Positions 14,401 to 27,067 of a stretch of 64,000 bases of DNA are shown here, piece by piece. Under the pieces are notes generated by a model that searched no databases, was not told where the DNA came from, and saw only the letters and a list, made by a program, of their open reading frames with translations. Position 1 is the first letter of the stretch, and every line of letters starts with the position of its first letter. Both the position numbers and the translations under genes were made by a program. The stretch comes from Azolla caroliniana. Taxonomy: Eukaryota; Plantae; Polypodiophyta. The stretch spans positions 16,430,001-16,494,000 of the forward strand of contig JBHGNT010000014.1 in the NCBI GenBank assembly GCA_043228905.1, in the 5' to 3' direction.

Positions 14401-16353
14401 AAATACAGACTCCCGCCAAGACTAACGTTTTGTGCCGGTCCCCATACATCCAAATGGATTAAATCGAGCTTGTTATGGCTCCGGTTTCGTTCGGTGGGGA
14501 ATGGAAGCCGATGTTGCTTCCCGAGTTGGCAGGCTTCACAAACTTGGGCCTTCCGGCCACTGAATTTCAGCAAACCGAACACAACCTATTTTGATTGCAG
14601 TTCCTGAAGCCTCTGGTAATTGACGTGGCCGCTCCGCTTGTGCTAGAGATCGATGCCTAATTCAATCTTTTGTCCCTTGGGAAACATGGTGGTGCCGATG
14701 TCATTAGTGTTGAGGATGAACATCCTCCCTTCTCTGCGCCCTTGCGCAATTATCCAGCCTTCTTCCTCGATGAAGCACCCGAGGTCCATAAACCGCACCT
14801 GCATTCCTTGGTCGACGATTTGTCCGACCGATACTAGGTTCTTTGTGATAGTCGGAATGTGTAATACGTTCATCAGCTTTCCCTTTTGTCCGAGATGGCT
14901 TAAAGGGACTTCTTCAACATGCACAAATGGGTGAGGGGTGTTGTCTTTGGTTTCAACAATCCCCGGTTGTTCCGGGGTTCTCCAGAAAAGAGAACCACTC
15001 TTCATGGCTTGTCATGTGGTTGGACACTCCGGAATCAACGTACCATAATTCCTCCGATTTGGAAGTAGTCTTCTTCATCAAGTTAGCCTTGTGCTTCATC
15101 ACGAAGGCCGACCCTTTATCGGTCTTCCCGGTTCTGGATCCTTCTGATCCTTCCGCGTAGTGTGAGCTTTGCCGGATTTGGATTTGTCCGAATCGGCGCG
15201 CTTCTTCCAACACTCACTTTCCATGTGGCCTTTCTTGCCACAATACCAACATTCTGTGTCGGCCTTTCCTTGCCGGTTCCTGGTGCTGCTTTGACTCCCC
15301 CTGCTTGTGGAGGGTCCGGAACTGCTGTCGACACTGTCTCTGTGCCTTCGGTTCTGCTCTTGCCAGCCGCCTCCATTGTGTGCCGACCCACCTTGTCCTC
15401 CACATCCATGGGGCCGATCCGACTCCGTGTACAACATTCGACTATCCAATCGAGTGGTCCTCGACCTGCTCGCGTGGTTTTCTTCGACCATCAACATTGA
15501 TTGTAAGTTGAAGAAGGACAGTGGCTTCTCCCGGGTGCAGATCGCCGTCCGGATTGGCTTGTACTGTTGTGCTAGACCACTGAGGCAGATTTGGACCATC
15601 TCGTCTTCGTCCACCGTCACGTTGATGGACCCGAGCGCGTCACAAATCTCCTTTATTTTGGTAGTCCTCGTGTGTCGGATCTAGCACTACCTCGTTCGTT
15701 CCTTCCACGAAGCTCCAATATCCATGCCCCAACAGGTACTGGTGCATCTTGTATGACCAAGACGCGTAGTTGCTCCGGTCGAGCTTCTTTGTTGGAAGTG
15801 AACTCGCCATTCCTCTGTCCATATCTTCTCTCTGTTTGGTGTTATCGGGTTCTAGGGTTCGTCTACGAAAGCAAGTGTCGGCCGTAGAGGTTCCCAACCC
15901 TCACGCTTTGATACCATGTGAATGTTAACGTGCGGAAGCGTTAGACAGAACCGTCTCAACCGGATAGCAACAGAGAATAAGATGAAGGTTTAATGGAGAA
16001 GCTTAATACACAGAGAGTATATGCGGGAGAGAGACAAAGAGAGAGCAGAACATAAACGTAGATTCAAAATAACACACTGTAAACTCTGTACATACAATGT
16101 GCTTACACAACACTATTTATACAAGTCCTCAGAAGGATTGACAAAGTAAAGTGTACTTCAATGTTCCTACGTGCGATTGACACTAACTACGACACAATGA
16201 TTACCTAGTAGTCTAGGCTACTACTAGGCTTCTGGTTCGTGCTCGAATCCGTTCCTCTGATCCGTCTCCCTGATCTGACCGGTTGTTTCCGGATGCTGAT
16301 CCGGCTCAGGCTTATCCAGTCGATCTGAATCCGGTTGAGCTTGCCGCTCAACA
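11432..16353 (-). mobile_element. Ty1/Copia LTR retrotransposon, both LTRs present, internally deleted and non-autonomous
   Basis: LTRs 11432-11903 and 15917-16353 (TG...CA). 5-bp TSD AACCA at 11427-11431 and 16354-16358. PBS TGGTATCAAAGC (15916-15905, initiator tRNA-Met type). PPT AGGGGGAG next to 11903. Gag zinc knuckle CWYCGKKGHMESEC, protease WYVDSGVSNHMT, integrase CEACQLGKQHR...DVWGPA, RT LYGLKQAP...LYVDD. Stops, frameshifts and deletions in gag and RNase H. Confidence 0.97.
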
Positions 16354-16358
16354 AACCA

Positions 16359-17410
16359 CATGGAAGCTTTTGCCGCTAAAAAAAAACTTGCAACGCTTGG
16401 TCCAAATGTGCTAGACCGATAAGCATGTCACCATAAGCCAAATCTCCTAAAAAAAGTCAGAATTTGTGCTTGGTCTCACCCCAACGCATTGGGACACACT
16501 GCCACCCTGCACTATAAAACCATGTGCCTGTGGGTTTAATTGTTCTGCCCAACTTTCTCCTTTTAACGTGTGGCCCTGTCTGGAACCCCACACAACTTTC
16601 CCATTCACACCACAAGCTGCCACGATTTTGAGGCTTCTACACCAAATGCTAGTCACCTCAGTACAATTCCAGAAACAGTGAGGTATTGATTCCAAAGCAT
16701 GTCCACATAACTAACAACCAGCCTCACCACCACGAGAACTCAACACTCCCCTACAGGTACCACCTTGCGGTTAAGAAGCCACAACCAAACCTTTATTTTT
16801 TCTGGCATATCCAATGTCCATAGTCTCCTCCAAAACAACTTCAGGAAGTCATCTAATATGCCTTTATCCTTCAGGCTATTACGAGTCTGTACAATACCCA
16901 TCGATTTCGAGTCAATGATTCGTCTTCCTAGCTTAGTGTTGTACTCAAAAAACCTTTTCAATTCAAATTGGTTGTTCTTGGTTTTTTCCACCATACCTCC
17001 AGTGGATCCCTCTCCAAATCACATAGGGGCTTCTTATCAAAGAGCCATATTTTACAATCATGATCAAGTTTCCTAGGGGCCGGGTTCAATCGCCACCTCT
17101 TACCCTCCAACACTACCACCCGCATTGTCAACTATCTGCCATCGTTTGTTAATGTACTTAGGTTGCCCCACAAACAATCCTTGTTGGATGTGCACCTGCT
17201 GTGGATAATCTGTGTGTCACCCTCACCTACAAACCAACCTGACCAAACTCCCTCTTCTGCGTTCAACTTATCTAATCCATCAACTGCCTTATTTATCACC
17301 TGGGTCACCTTCACTAGCCTTCCATTAAACCTAATGTTACCAGCCTGACCCTCCCGCCTCTGCCTGCTGAAAACCTCCTTGTCTCTTACCGACCTAACAC
17401 TGTACTCCAA
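16359..17410 (-). mobile_element. 5'-truncated L1-like LINE (zf-RVT region)
   Basis: FWRRLWTLDMPEKIKVWLWLLNRKVVPVGE...ESIPHCFWNCTEVTSIW is the zf-RVT signature of plant L1 ORF2. Confidence 0.8.
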
Positions 17411-17894
17411 AACATTTTAATGAAAAGTATGTTAAAATAATGTGATTAAGACATATAAAAGGATAGACAGCAAAATTGAAACATTGTTTCGGTTTTATGC
17501 CATGGAGAATCCAAGCACCTAGAAAGGTTCTACAAATATGTGAGTGATATTTTTGACCAAAAAACACTTACCATATAAGGCATCTTAAACTAGCTCTAGC
17601 CAAAAAATATGTTTTGCCACAAGTTGTGTGTATCAAAGTATGGACATCATCTTAGAACTTGGTTAAATAAATGGCAAATTGCAAGTATATTACGTCAATT
17701 GCCCGATCACTAGGAAAATTAGGAGTCGTGTTTCGACCATCTTAACAAATTCCATGTCAATTAGCAACAAATTCCATGTCAATTAGATTGTCATTTATTT
17801 TTTAAGTTTTGTTTAGAAATTCTTGTTGCTCATTATAGCTTTGTTGTGTATTCTACTTGTTTAATGAGATTACATGTACATTATTTGGAGTCTA

Positions 17895-18420
17895 ATAAAA
17901 ATTTGAAAATATCCACTCTTTCGAACAAAACACCTTTGATGTTGAATGTCCCAGTTGATATAAAATTTCCCCATGCATCTACAATATTTTGAAGTGAACA
18001 TTGTTTAGAAACAACGCACTTCAACAAGTAAAAATTTGCATTGTCTGAATTTTCATATATGTATACAACAAAATTATCACCAACATATATGACATCACTT
18101 CAAATTTCCTTAGAACCATGATATGTGAACATAACATTGTTCATTTCGGGCTCTATGTCTGCTCCTTACTTGTTGACCAAGTTATGGTACACCCATTTGT
18201 GGATATCTGCGTGGTTTGGACATCGTTTCCAATTTCCTTGTACACAATGGTAGCAAAAACATGTCAATTCTTTGACAACAATAAAATGACAATCATTCTT
18301 AAAATAACCACAAATAGAGTTGACAGTTCGTAGTTTAGGGATTTTGTGACACTCCCATGTCTTCTATCCTCATTTCCTAAAATACTCGTTTGATATCTCA
18401 AAACCTATGAGTAAACAACA
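17895..18420 (-). mobile_element. Relic of a DNA transposase C-terminus, Sola2-like (tentative)
   Basis: One minus frame with few stops reads WECHKIPKLRTVNSICGY...VKELTCFCYHCVQGNWKRCPNHADIHKW...VGDNFVVY...NFYLLKC...DAWGN...KGVLF. It resembles the LSCFCxxC-x6-CxN tail I associate with Sola2-type transposases. Family call is from recollection, not a search. Confidence 0.45.
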
Positions 18421-18644
18421 ATTGCACTAGAATTACATATGTTTTCTTCTAAGACGTTCGACAACATGAGTGCTATGGACATCACTTTAGATCCAAATGG
18501 GATGTTAATTTATCATAAAATAAATAAATGAGGAATGATGATTATCTAGGATTTGAGGCAAAGTAGCATGGTCAACAACATGTAGGTAGGTACCTATGTG
18601 GCGGTTAAGGGACCTTTGGCTTAAGATGTAAATATGGGACTAGT

Positions 18645-19329
18645 TGTTATAGACAAGAATCAAAACTCCAACCTCTCATGTTATAACCAAGGGTCATAGC
18701 CAATGCATCTCCACAAATCATGTAGTTATTACAAGATGCTTCTATGGTTAGATACTTGTACACTTATACTTTTGTCATTCTAAAAATTTGTGGAAAGTTC
18801 TAGAAACTTACAGAGCAAGCATTGTAGAAATCTTTCAAAAGTTCTAGAAACTTTAGCAGCATGCATGCAAATGTAGTGCTCAGGAACATGTATAAATAGA
18901 GTTGTTCATCTTGATCCCAATGAAGGTGAACAACATCAGTTATGGGATCACAAGTACAATTCAATCTCTCTCTATCAATATCGCGCCTCTTGTCTCACAT
19001 TCTTAGTCTCATTTATGCTCTAACCGAAGTATTCATGACTGATTTTTTACCTTCCCCTTCCTAAACCTCATAATGTTTGACTCCACTAATAACCTAAATA
19101 AGATGATGACAACATCACAAGAACTCTAGATCGAAAATGATAACTTTCGAGAATCATTGCAGAAACTAGCCTCAATACTATTTTAATGATTTTTGTTGTG
19201 TTGATCTTGTAGGTGCTTCTCTCTTAGGTTTGATGCAAGCTTGGTTTGTACATCTAGGATTGTCACCTCTTCTATAAGACTTTGATGCTTTCCTTGTAGA
19301 ACTTGAATAACTATATGGGGATACAAATT
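18645..19329 (+). mobile_element. Tcn1-like chromoviral Gypsy: 5' LTR (~18645-18999) plus truncated gag
   Basis: Colinear with 34621-35250. Gag fragments QEL*IENDNFRESLQKL and VDLVGASLLGLMQAWF...SPLL*DFDAFLVELE*LYGDTN. Cut by a Copia LTR at 19330. Confidence 0.65.
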
Positions 19330-21864
19330 TGTAAAATGACGTGTGTGCGGAAGTGTAAGCGTAAGACATAGAGTACACAATTGGTTATTCGGAAATTCGA
19401 CAGTTAGGTAAACATAGTGAGAGAGATAGAGAGAGCAGACAACAACACCGTTCTATTACTAAATGTTCTCTATACATATACGAGTGCTTACAATGCACTT
19501 TATATACAAGCCCTGTCAAGTAGGTTGACACAATTACTATCAATACTTTAATGCTCATAAATGAGTTTGACACTAACTCTGCATATAATATTCCTATTTA
19601 CTAAAATAGGAATATAGGCTCCTAATGGCCAATCGATTCAATTTACCTACCGATTCGGCTTTCGACTTATTTAACTGATTCGAGCCTAGCCGATCGGTTT
19701 CCATTCGATCCGGCTGAGGAAGCGGTCCATGTCGAGCTTGTCTCTCAACACTCCCCCTCAAGCTCAATTTGAGGTTCCCCCGTGTCAGCTCCGACTGGTA
19801 CATAATTCCAGCTTTTCTTGGTGTCCCGACACCTCACCCATGCTCCTTGTTCGGTCTGGTCCGGTCCCACGTTTTATGACCCCTATGGCCAACGTTTCTT
19901 AACCCCTCCGGTTCTGTGCTCCTCAACCTACTCGGTCAGCTTGTTTGTTACCTAGGCCCTTGTCAACTCCCTTGTTGTTGTGGTATTGGCGCCCCTCGAC
20001 CCGTCGGCTCCTCCGTATCGATGTCAGCTTTGGTTGCCTCCTTGTTCGCTTGGCCTTCATGTGATTCGGCTCTTCCGAATCACCCTCTTCGACTAAATCA
20101 GTTGTCTCCGATTCGTTCTCCTATAGGCCCTTGACCACATCCTATCATGTCCTGGTCTTGGCCTTTATCTTTAGGTCGGCTCTACCCTTCTTGGCTTTGC
20201 CACCTGCTTTGCCTTTCTTGGCTCTATCTCCCCCTTGTTCGGTTGGCCTTGACTTCGGCTCATTCTTTTGGCCACTCCCCCTACATCTAGCTAGTCTATG
20301 CTTAGCCTATCTTCCTCCATCTGTCCAAACGTCCTCAACTTCTCCAGCTGGTCCAGATGTTTCGACTTCTTTAGTCGTTCCGAAATTGAATTCTTCACCC
20401 GATTTGGTTTGTCAGACTTCATCTCTGTCCTCCCTCTCATTCTTGTTCTCACTTCTCCCCCTCAAGTTCAGCATGTCAAGGTGTTGTATACCAAGCATGC
20501 TTGAGAATTTCAGCAACTTGTCTAAGCAGAGAGGTTTGGTGAAGATATTGGCAACCTGCTGATCCGTCGGAACATATACGAGTTCCACTTCACCGGAGAG
20601 GACTCGCTCATAGAAAAAATGATAGTGCACCTCGATGTGCTTTGTCTGGGCGTGGAAGACGGGATTCTTCACAAGTTGGATGCTACTAAGTTTGTCGCAA
20701 TGTATCAATGTTAGCTCGGACACCTCCACATGCAGATCCTTCAATAGTCTCTTGAGCCAAATGGCTTTGCATGTAGCAACAACCGCTCCTCGATACTGAA
20801 CCTCAATGCTTGACAATGTAACTGTCCCACGCTTCTTGCTACTCCAAGCGATCACGACGCTTCCCAATTAAAATGTGAATCCAGTCGACATTCGTGTAGC
20901 CGACAGGCTGTTCAGCTACACTTGCCCGATATAGCAACACCCTATCCTTTTCGTGCCACTGACATATTGCAATATCCCTTGCACGCACTGAAGGTGTTTG
21001 GTCTTCAGCTGCAACATGAATTGACATATTGCAATCTTCGGCTAGTTGAGATTTGACTCGGCTGATTTCTTCGAGATCGGCACCGGCAATGACTAAATCA
21101 TTGACATATAGAAAAATGCTAATCGGTCCGGTTTGACTCTACCCAATGAACAATGAAGAGTTTGACTTTGACGGAGCAAACCCCATCCAATGCAATCTCT
21201 ACGTGATCTTTGCGTTTTAGGCACGCGCTTGCTTAAGTTCAGACTTCTTCAGTCAGCAAAATGCCGATGTTTTCCATTCAGATAGAAATTCGGGGGGTTG
21301 TACCATGTATACCTATTCTTGAAGCTTGCATTGCAAGAACATATTCTTTACATCTATCTGATGTAAGTGCCACCTCTTTGTCGCCGCTACATCCAATCAG
21401 CTTCACATCCTTGGGGGCGTCAAGCAGGTCCCATGTATTGTTTTCTGCTAATCCTCACATCTCTTCCTCCAAAGTGGTGAATTCGCATCCTTTGTCGCTT
21501 CTGCATAGCTCTCTAGCTCACGCACTTCCGCCACTTTCGACATATATGCATAATGATGTACCATATAATCATTGTACCCGTTTCGAATCACGGGGTTCTT
21601 TTGACGGGTGGATCAGTGCAACTTCTGGTTTGCTGATTTAAAGGCCCTCTTGGCCGACTTAGATGTCAACTCCGGAGGTTCATCTTCACTCGGGGCCACT
21701 TTGGATTCACTCCGATCCGATACACTGACCTCGGTGCTGTACTCCGACATTTTCACCTTCCTCGTTCCTTTGCGCGTAAGACGTCTCCTTGGCTTCTGAC
21801 GTGGGGACAATATGACCGAGTCTCCACTACTCGTTGACTCACCATCCGACTGGTCGTTCCGACT
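19330..21864 (-). mobile_element. Copia 3' half (3' LTR 19330-19750, PPT, RNase H, deleted RT), related to 11432-16353
   Basis: TG...CA LTR followed by ctccccct PPT. RNase H IAWSSKK...NPVFHAQTKHIEVHYHF...NIFTKPL (20412-20867). Linker SPRQKPRRRLTRKGTRKVKMSEY. Confidence 0.9.
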
Positions 21865-24083
21865 TGTTAAGTGATAAGCTCAACATTGGGTGCGTAATAC
21901 AATGCGTAACCCAACGTGTAAAACAGTACGCTTAACATGGTCGTATCGATGCGTAAACCGAAAGGCCAATAGTATGGTATTCCTTGTAAGGAATAATTTT
22001 GGGAGTTAGTGTAGTAGGCTCATTTATGAGTAGTCAAGTACTGTAAGTACTTGTGTCAGCCCGATAGTCAGGGCTTGTATAAAAGGTGCTCATTGAGCAC
22101 GAAGAATGTATAGAGCGTCATTATTTTGAAATAGAATTGAGTTGTTTGCTCTCTCTCTGTCTCTCCATCTCCATCTCCATCTCTGTGTTTTCTGCGTTTA
22201 TCGAATTGTGTACTCTGTGTTTACGCACATGCTTTTGCACAAGTATTCTTTTACATGGTATTAGAGCGCGAGGGTTGAAGTCCTCTGCAGTCAACAAGAA
22301 AAGCTTGCGAAAAAACATAGTTGAAGTTGTTCTTCGGTTTTTTTTCGGAAAAGAAAAAGACAGCAATATGGATAGAGGTATGGGAAGCTCCCTACCGACT
22401 GAAAAGCTCGATAGGAGCAACTAAGCATCTTGGTCGTACAAGATGCACTAGTACCTGCTCGGTCACGACTACTGGAATTATGTTGAATGAGCTAATGATG
22501 TAGCACCCAATTCGACACACAAAGATTTTTCGGCTTGGGAACAAGCGACAAGTAGAGTTCTCTACTGCTTTGCATCCTGTGTGAGCGAGCTATTGAGCTA
22601 TATTCGGGATGCTAAGACACCAAAGGACGCGTGGGCGAATCTCAAAAAGATTTTTGTTGCAAACACAACGGCTAGGAAGTTGCAGCTCAGGCAAGAGCTT
22701 AGCAATGTTCGGCAGAAAGATCTGTCTATGGTTGATTACACGACCCGAATCAAGGAAATCTACAGTTCTCTTGCCTCCATCAACGTGAACGTTGAGGAAG
22801 ATGAAATGGTGCAGGTTTGCCTTGGTGGGATTGCGTCCAGGTTAAGAGCCTTCCAAACGGCAGTCTATACGAGGGAGAATATGCCTTCGTTCTTCGAGCT
22901 TCATTCAATGTTGCTCGTGGAGGAAAATCACGCGGGTGCATCAACGAGTACGCACGCCGACGACAAGATGTACACGGAGGAAGATAGGCCCCGTGGTCGT
23001 GGTGGATGAGGCGGATTGATGCGCAATGGAGGCGGCCGACAAGAGCAGAACAAGCGGCATAATCGAAATGCAGACAACAGTTCCAGATCCTCCACAAGCA
23101 GGGGGAGTCATGGTAGCGCCAGAAGCCGGCAAGAGAAGGCCACTTCGGAATGCTGGTACTATGGCAAGAAAGGCCACAAGGAGAGCGAGTGCTGGAAAAA
23201 GAGAGCCGATTCGGACAAAGCCGGATCAAGCCGAAGAGATGTAGAGAGGCGTCAGAGATCGCAATACGCAGAAGGCTCTGAACAAGCTGGAAACAAATCG
23301 GGCCCAACCTTCGTAATGAAGCATAAGGCCATATCTATGGCCGTGAACACCTCGAAATCAAGTGAGGTGTGGTATGTTGATTCTGGAGTGTCAAATCATA
23401 TGACGAGTCACGAGGAATGGTTCTCGTACTTGGAGAAACCAGAATCGCAAGGAGTGGTCGAAACGGGAGACGACACTCCGCATACCATTGAACATGTCGG
23501 CGAAGTTCCCCTTAGCCACATCGGGTAGAAAGGGAAACTCATGAACGTGCTGCACATCCCGACAATAACGAAGAACCTGGTGTCGGTCGGTTAGATCGTC
23601 GACCAGGGAATGTAGGTTCGATTCATGCATCTTGGCTGCTTCATAGAAGAGGAAGGCAAAGTAATCGAGCAAGGGCGCCGTGAAGGGAGGATGTTTATCC
23701 TCGACACTAATAAAGCCGGAACCGTGTTGTACGCGAAAGAACAAAAGGTCGAATAAGATATCGACCTGTGGCACAAGCGGTTCGGCCATGTATATTTCCC
23801 ACGGCTTTGGGAGATGCAGTCGAAGAACATTGTTTTTGGCCTGCCGAAATTTCGGGGCTGTAAAGGCCAAGTCTGCGAAGCTTGTCAGATGGGAAAACAA
23901 CACCGACTTCCATTCCCCAATGAGCGTAATTGTAGTCAAAGTTTGCTGGATTTTATCCATTCGGATGTGTGGGGACCGGCACAAAGCATGAGTCTCGGTG
24001 GAAGCCGTTACTTTGTAACCTTCATCGACGACTTCACTCGGCACACGTGGGTATGCACAATCACGAAGAAGAGCAAAGTCTTC
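21865..24083 (+). mobile_element. Copia 5' half in opposite orientation (LTR 21865-22255, PBS, gag, protease, integrase start)
   Basis: LTR TGTTAAG...TTTTACA. PBS TGGTATTAGAGC 22256-22267. Gag MDRGMGSSLPTEKLDRSN... with stops, WYVDSGVSNHMT, CEACQMGKQHR...SDVWGPA...FIDDFTR. Ends abruptly at KKSKVF. Confidence 0.92.
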
Positions 24084-27067
24084 GTTAGGGCGGTCGACTT
24101 CATATTCGGGCATCTTACCTTTACCCTTGTTTGATCCAACCCCTGGTTGAGATATGCTTTTGGTTCTTGGAGGCTCCTGTGGTTCGCTCATCAAGGTTGA
24201 GCTTGGACTTTCTCATGGTATAGGCTGTGACTGAATGTTGTCATTTGAGTTGACATCCAACTCTTCCTCGGATGGAGCCGAATCAGGCTCATACATGATG
24301 TCGATTTGTCAAGGATAACATCCTGACTTACCCGAACCACATGGGTAGAAGGGTTGAAGCACTTGTATCCCTTTTGTTCAGATGAATATCCCAGTGCGAG
24401 AATGTATTTTTCTGACTTCAGGTCGAGCTTTTGTCGTTTTTCGTTCAAGATGTGGACATACTCAATACTTCCGAACACTCATAGATGCGACAAGGTCGGC
24501 TTCCTTCCAGCATATACCTCGTGTGGACTTAGTCCGTGTGCTCCAGTAGTTGTGCATCAATTCATAATGTAGACGTTCGTGGATGCCGCTTCAGCCCAAT
24601 AGTATTTTGGCATGTGCGTCTCATGCAACATGGCGCGTGCTACCTCAACTATTTGCCGATTCTTTCTTTCGGCTACACCATTTTGTTGGGGTGTGTGTTG
24701 GCATGAAAATTCTCTCCATATGCCTTCACCTTGGATATAGGAGATGAATTCATTAGAGAAGTACTCCTTCCCTCCATCTGATTGTAGGCATCGAATATGT
24801 TGGCACGTTTCCTTTTCAACTTGATTCTTGAGCCTTTGGAAGTGGGAGAGCACTTCACTCTTTTTCTTCATCAAGAAAGATCCAAGTGTATCGAGAGTAA
24901 TCGTTGATGAAGGTGATGTAGCATCGGCATCAGCCGATCATCGGTGTTTGAGCCGACCCCTATACATTCGAGTGGACTACGTTAAGGAGGTCGTTGTTTA
25001 CGTGTCTCTCCTTTGTGAACGGGAGTCGATGTTGCTTTCCAAGTTGACATGCTTCACACACTCGGTCGACTTGTTTCGACTCAAGGGCCGGAAGTCCATT
25101 GACAACTCCCTTCAATTGCATAGCTCAGAGCTGTTGGAGGTTGATGTGGCCGATTCTCTTGTGCCACAATCTGATATTCGTCTCAACTTTGAGACCTTTG
25201 GCATACATGGTTGATTATACCTCGTCCAAATCGAGAATAAATATTCGGCCTTCTCACCTTCCTCTGGCGATGAGTCGGACATTCTTTTCTATAAAGTATC
25301 CTCTGTTGTTGAAATGAACCTGCATGCCTTGCTCCACGATTTGACCAACCGAAACCAAATTCTTCATTATCGTTAGAACGCGCAAGACATTCTTGAAGCA
25401 GTTGTTGTTGCCCTTGCCGAGACGAACATTGCCGATATGCCGAATGGTGTGTGTGGTGTCGTCTCTCGTCTCCACGTAGCCGGGTCGATCGGGTGTACGC
25501 AAGTCACTGAACCACTCTGCGTGTGACATCATGTGATTTGAGGCCGACATGGTGTAGACGTGTTGGCCGAACTGGATGCCGACATGGTGTTCGCTTTGTG
25601 CCTCATAACAAACATGCCTCTATAGTCTTCCAATTTGGATTTTGTGGCGTAGTTGGTGACTTCCCAACTTGTGGAAGCCGACTCGCTTCTTTTCTTTCGG
25701 CACTCCTCTTCGCAGTGGCTAATCTTACTACAGTAGTTACAAGTAACGAGCCTAATTTTCTGACTGTGTTCAGCGTGAACCCGTTCTTCCGAAGGTTCCT
25801 TGAGTATTTCCGTTTGCTTGCCGAAGGGTTGAGTTACTTTCGTGATTCCAACCAACCTGTCCTCCTCTGCCTTGGCCGAAACGACCTCTTCCGCCTCGAG
25901 TACATCCTCGATCACCTTCCGAGTTCGAGAAGAACATATGTCCTTCTGACATCTTGCTCTTAGTTCTAACATGATTCTCTTTGACCAATAACATGGATTG
26001 AAGGTTGAAGAATGAAGGAGGGTTCTCCCTCGCTAAGATTGTCATCCTTATTGGGTCAAACCGTTGTGTAAGGCTGCCCAAGCACACTTTCACCATCTCA
26101 TCCTCTTCAATGTTTATGTTGATGGAGCTAAGTGAATCAGAGATGCTCTTGATCTTGCATGTGTAGTCTGACACGAGCATGTCTTTTTGTCGGATGTTGT
26201 TCAATTCTTGCCAGAGTTGAAGCTTGTGCGAATATTTTCTTCAAGTTCTCCCACACTTCTTTAGGTGTCTTGGTGTCTCGAATGTGACAGAGCATACATT
26301 ACCCGACTCACTCCTTTGCTCCCATGTTGGGTAGTTGGCGTTGATGTAGCTCCAAGATGAGAAATTGCTCCGGTCTAGGTTTTCACTAGGGAGCGAGCTA
26401 CCCATTTGAGTGTTCATGTTGATATAGTGTCTTCTCTTTCAACTTTTCCTTCTTCAATCACGTACACTTGTTATACAACGGCACTACGGTAGCGGATAGT
26501 GGGAGTTGGCGTCGGCGTCTCAAACACACTCACTATGAATCGGGTGGGCTTAGTGGATATGCTAAACCACACGCTTTGATACCATGTTAAATAATTAGGT
26601 AATTAACTAAGGGTTAATTATTATCTAATTATGTGAGTAGCTAATCACGTTTATGATTAAGTGGCGGAAGATTATGTGATATAAGTGTGTGTAGATGTAT
26701 GAGAGAAGGAGAGGAAGTACACTTATAAACACTAAGACAAGATGGGGGATGATTAACACAAGTATAGCTAAAGGAACTCTTGCTTATATTAAAAGGCATA
26801 AAAAAAAAACAAAAATATCCACCATGAGGTATATATACATCTCATGTGCAAGGATGCACATGTGTGAGGGAATATAGGTACAAAGATGTAAGTCTTATAT
26901 TAAATGTACTTGGTAGTGGAGGATCTAGAATGTATCCATTCTTAAGTACAAATATAAAAGCTTATTTAAGGTTTTGAAGTCAACACAGTAACTAGATTCT
27001 ATATATGTAACTACTAAGTTACACATATGACAAAAAACTAAGCCTAGTTGAGCTTCATATCTCAACA
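24084..27067 (-). mobile_element. Copia 5' half of a third, related family (5' LTR 26585-27067, PBS, gag, protease, integrase)
   Basis: PBS TGGTATCAAAGC 26584-26573. LTR TGTTAA...CTCAACA. Gag CNYCSKISHCEEEC. Integrase CLQSDGGKEY...TPQQNGVAERKNR (24557-24874). Confidence 0.88.

Noticed and set aside
23391-24194. 267-aa minus-strand ORF as a novel gene
   Set aside because: Chimera of a Copia linker and the antisense of the adjacent inverted Copia pol across the 24083 junction.
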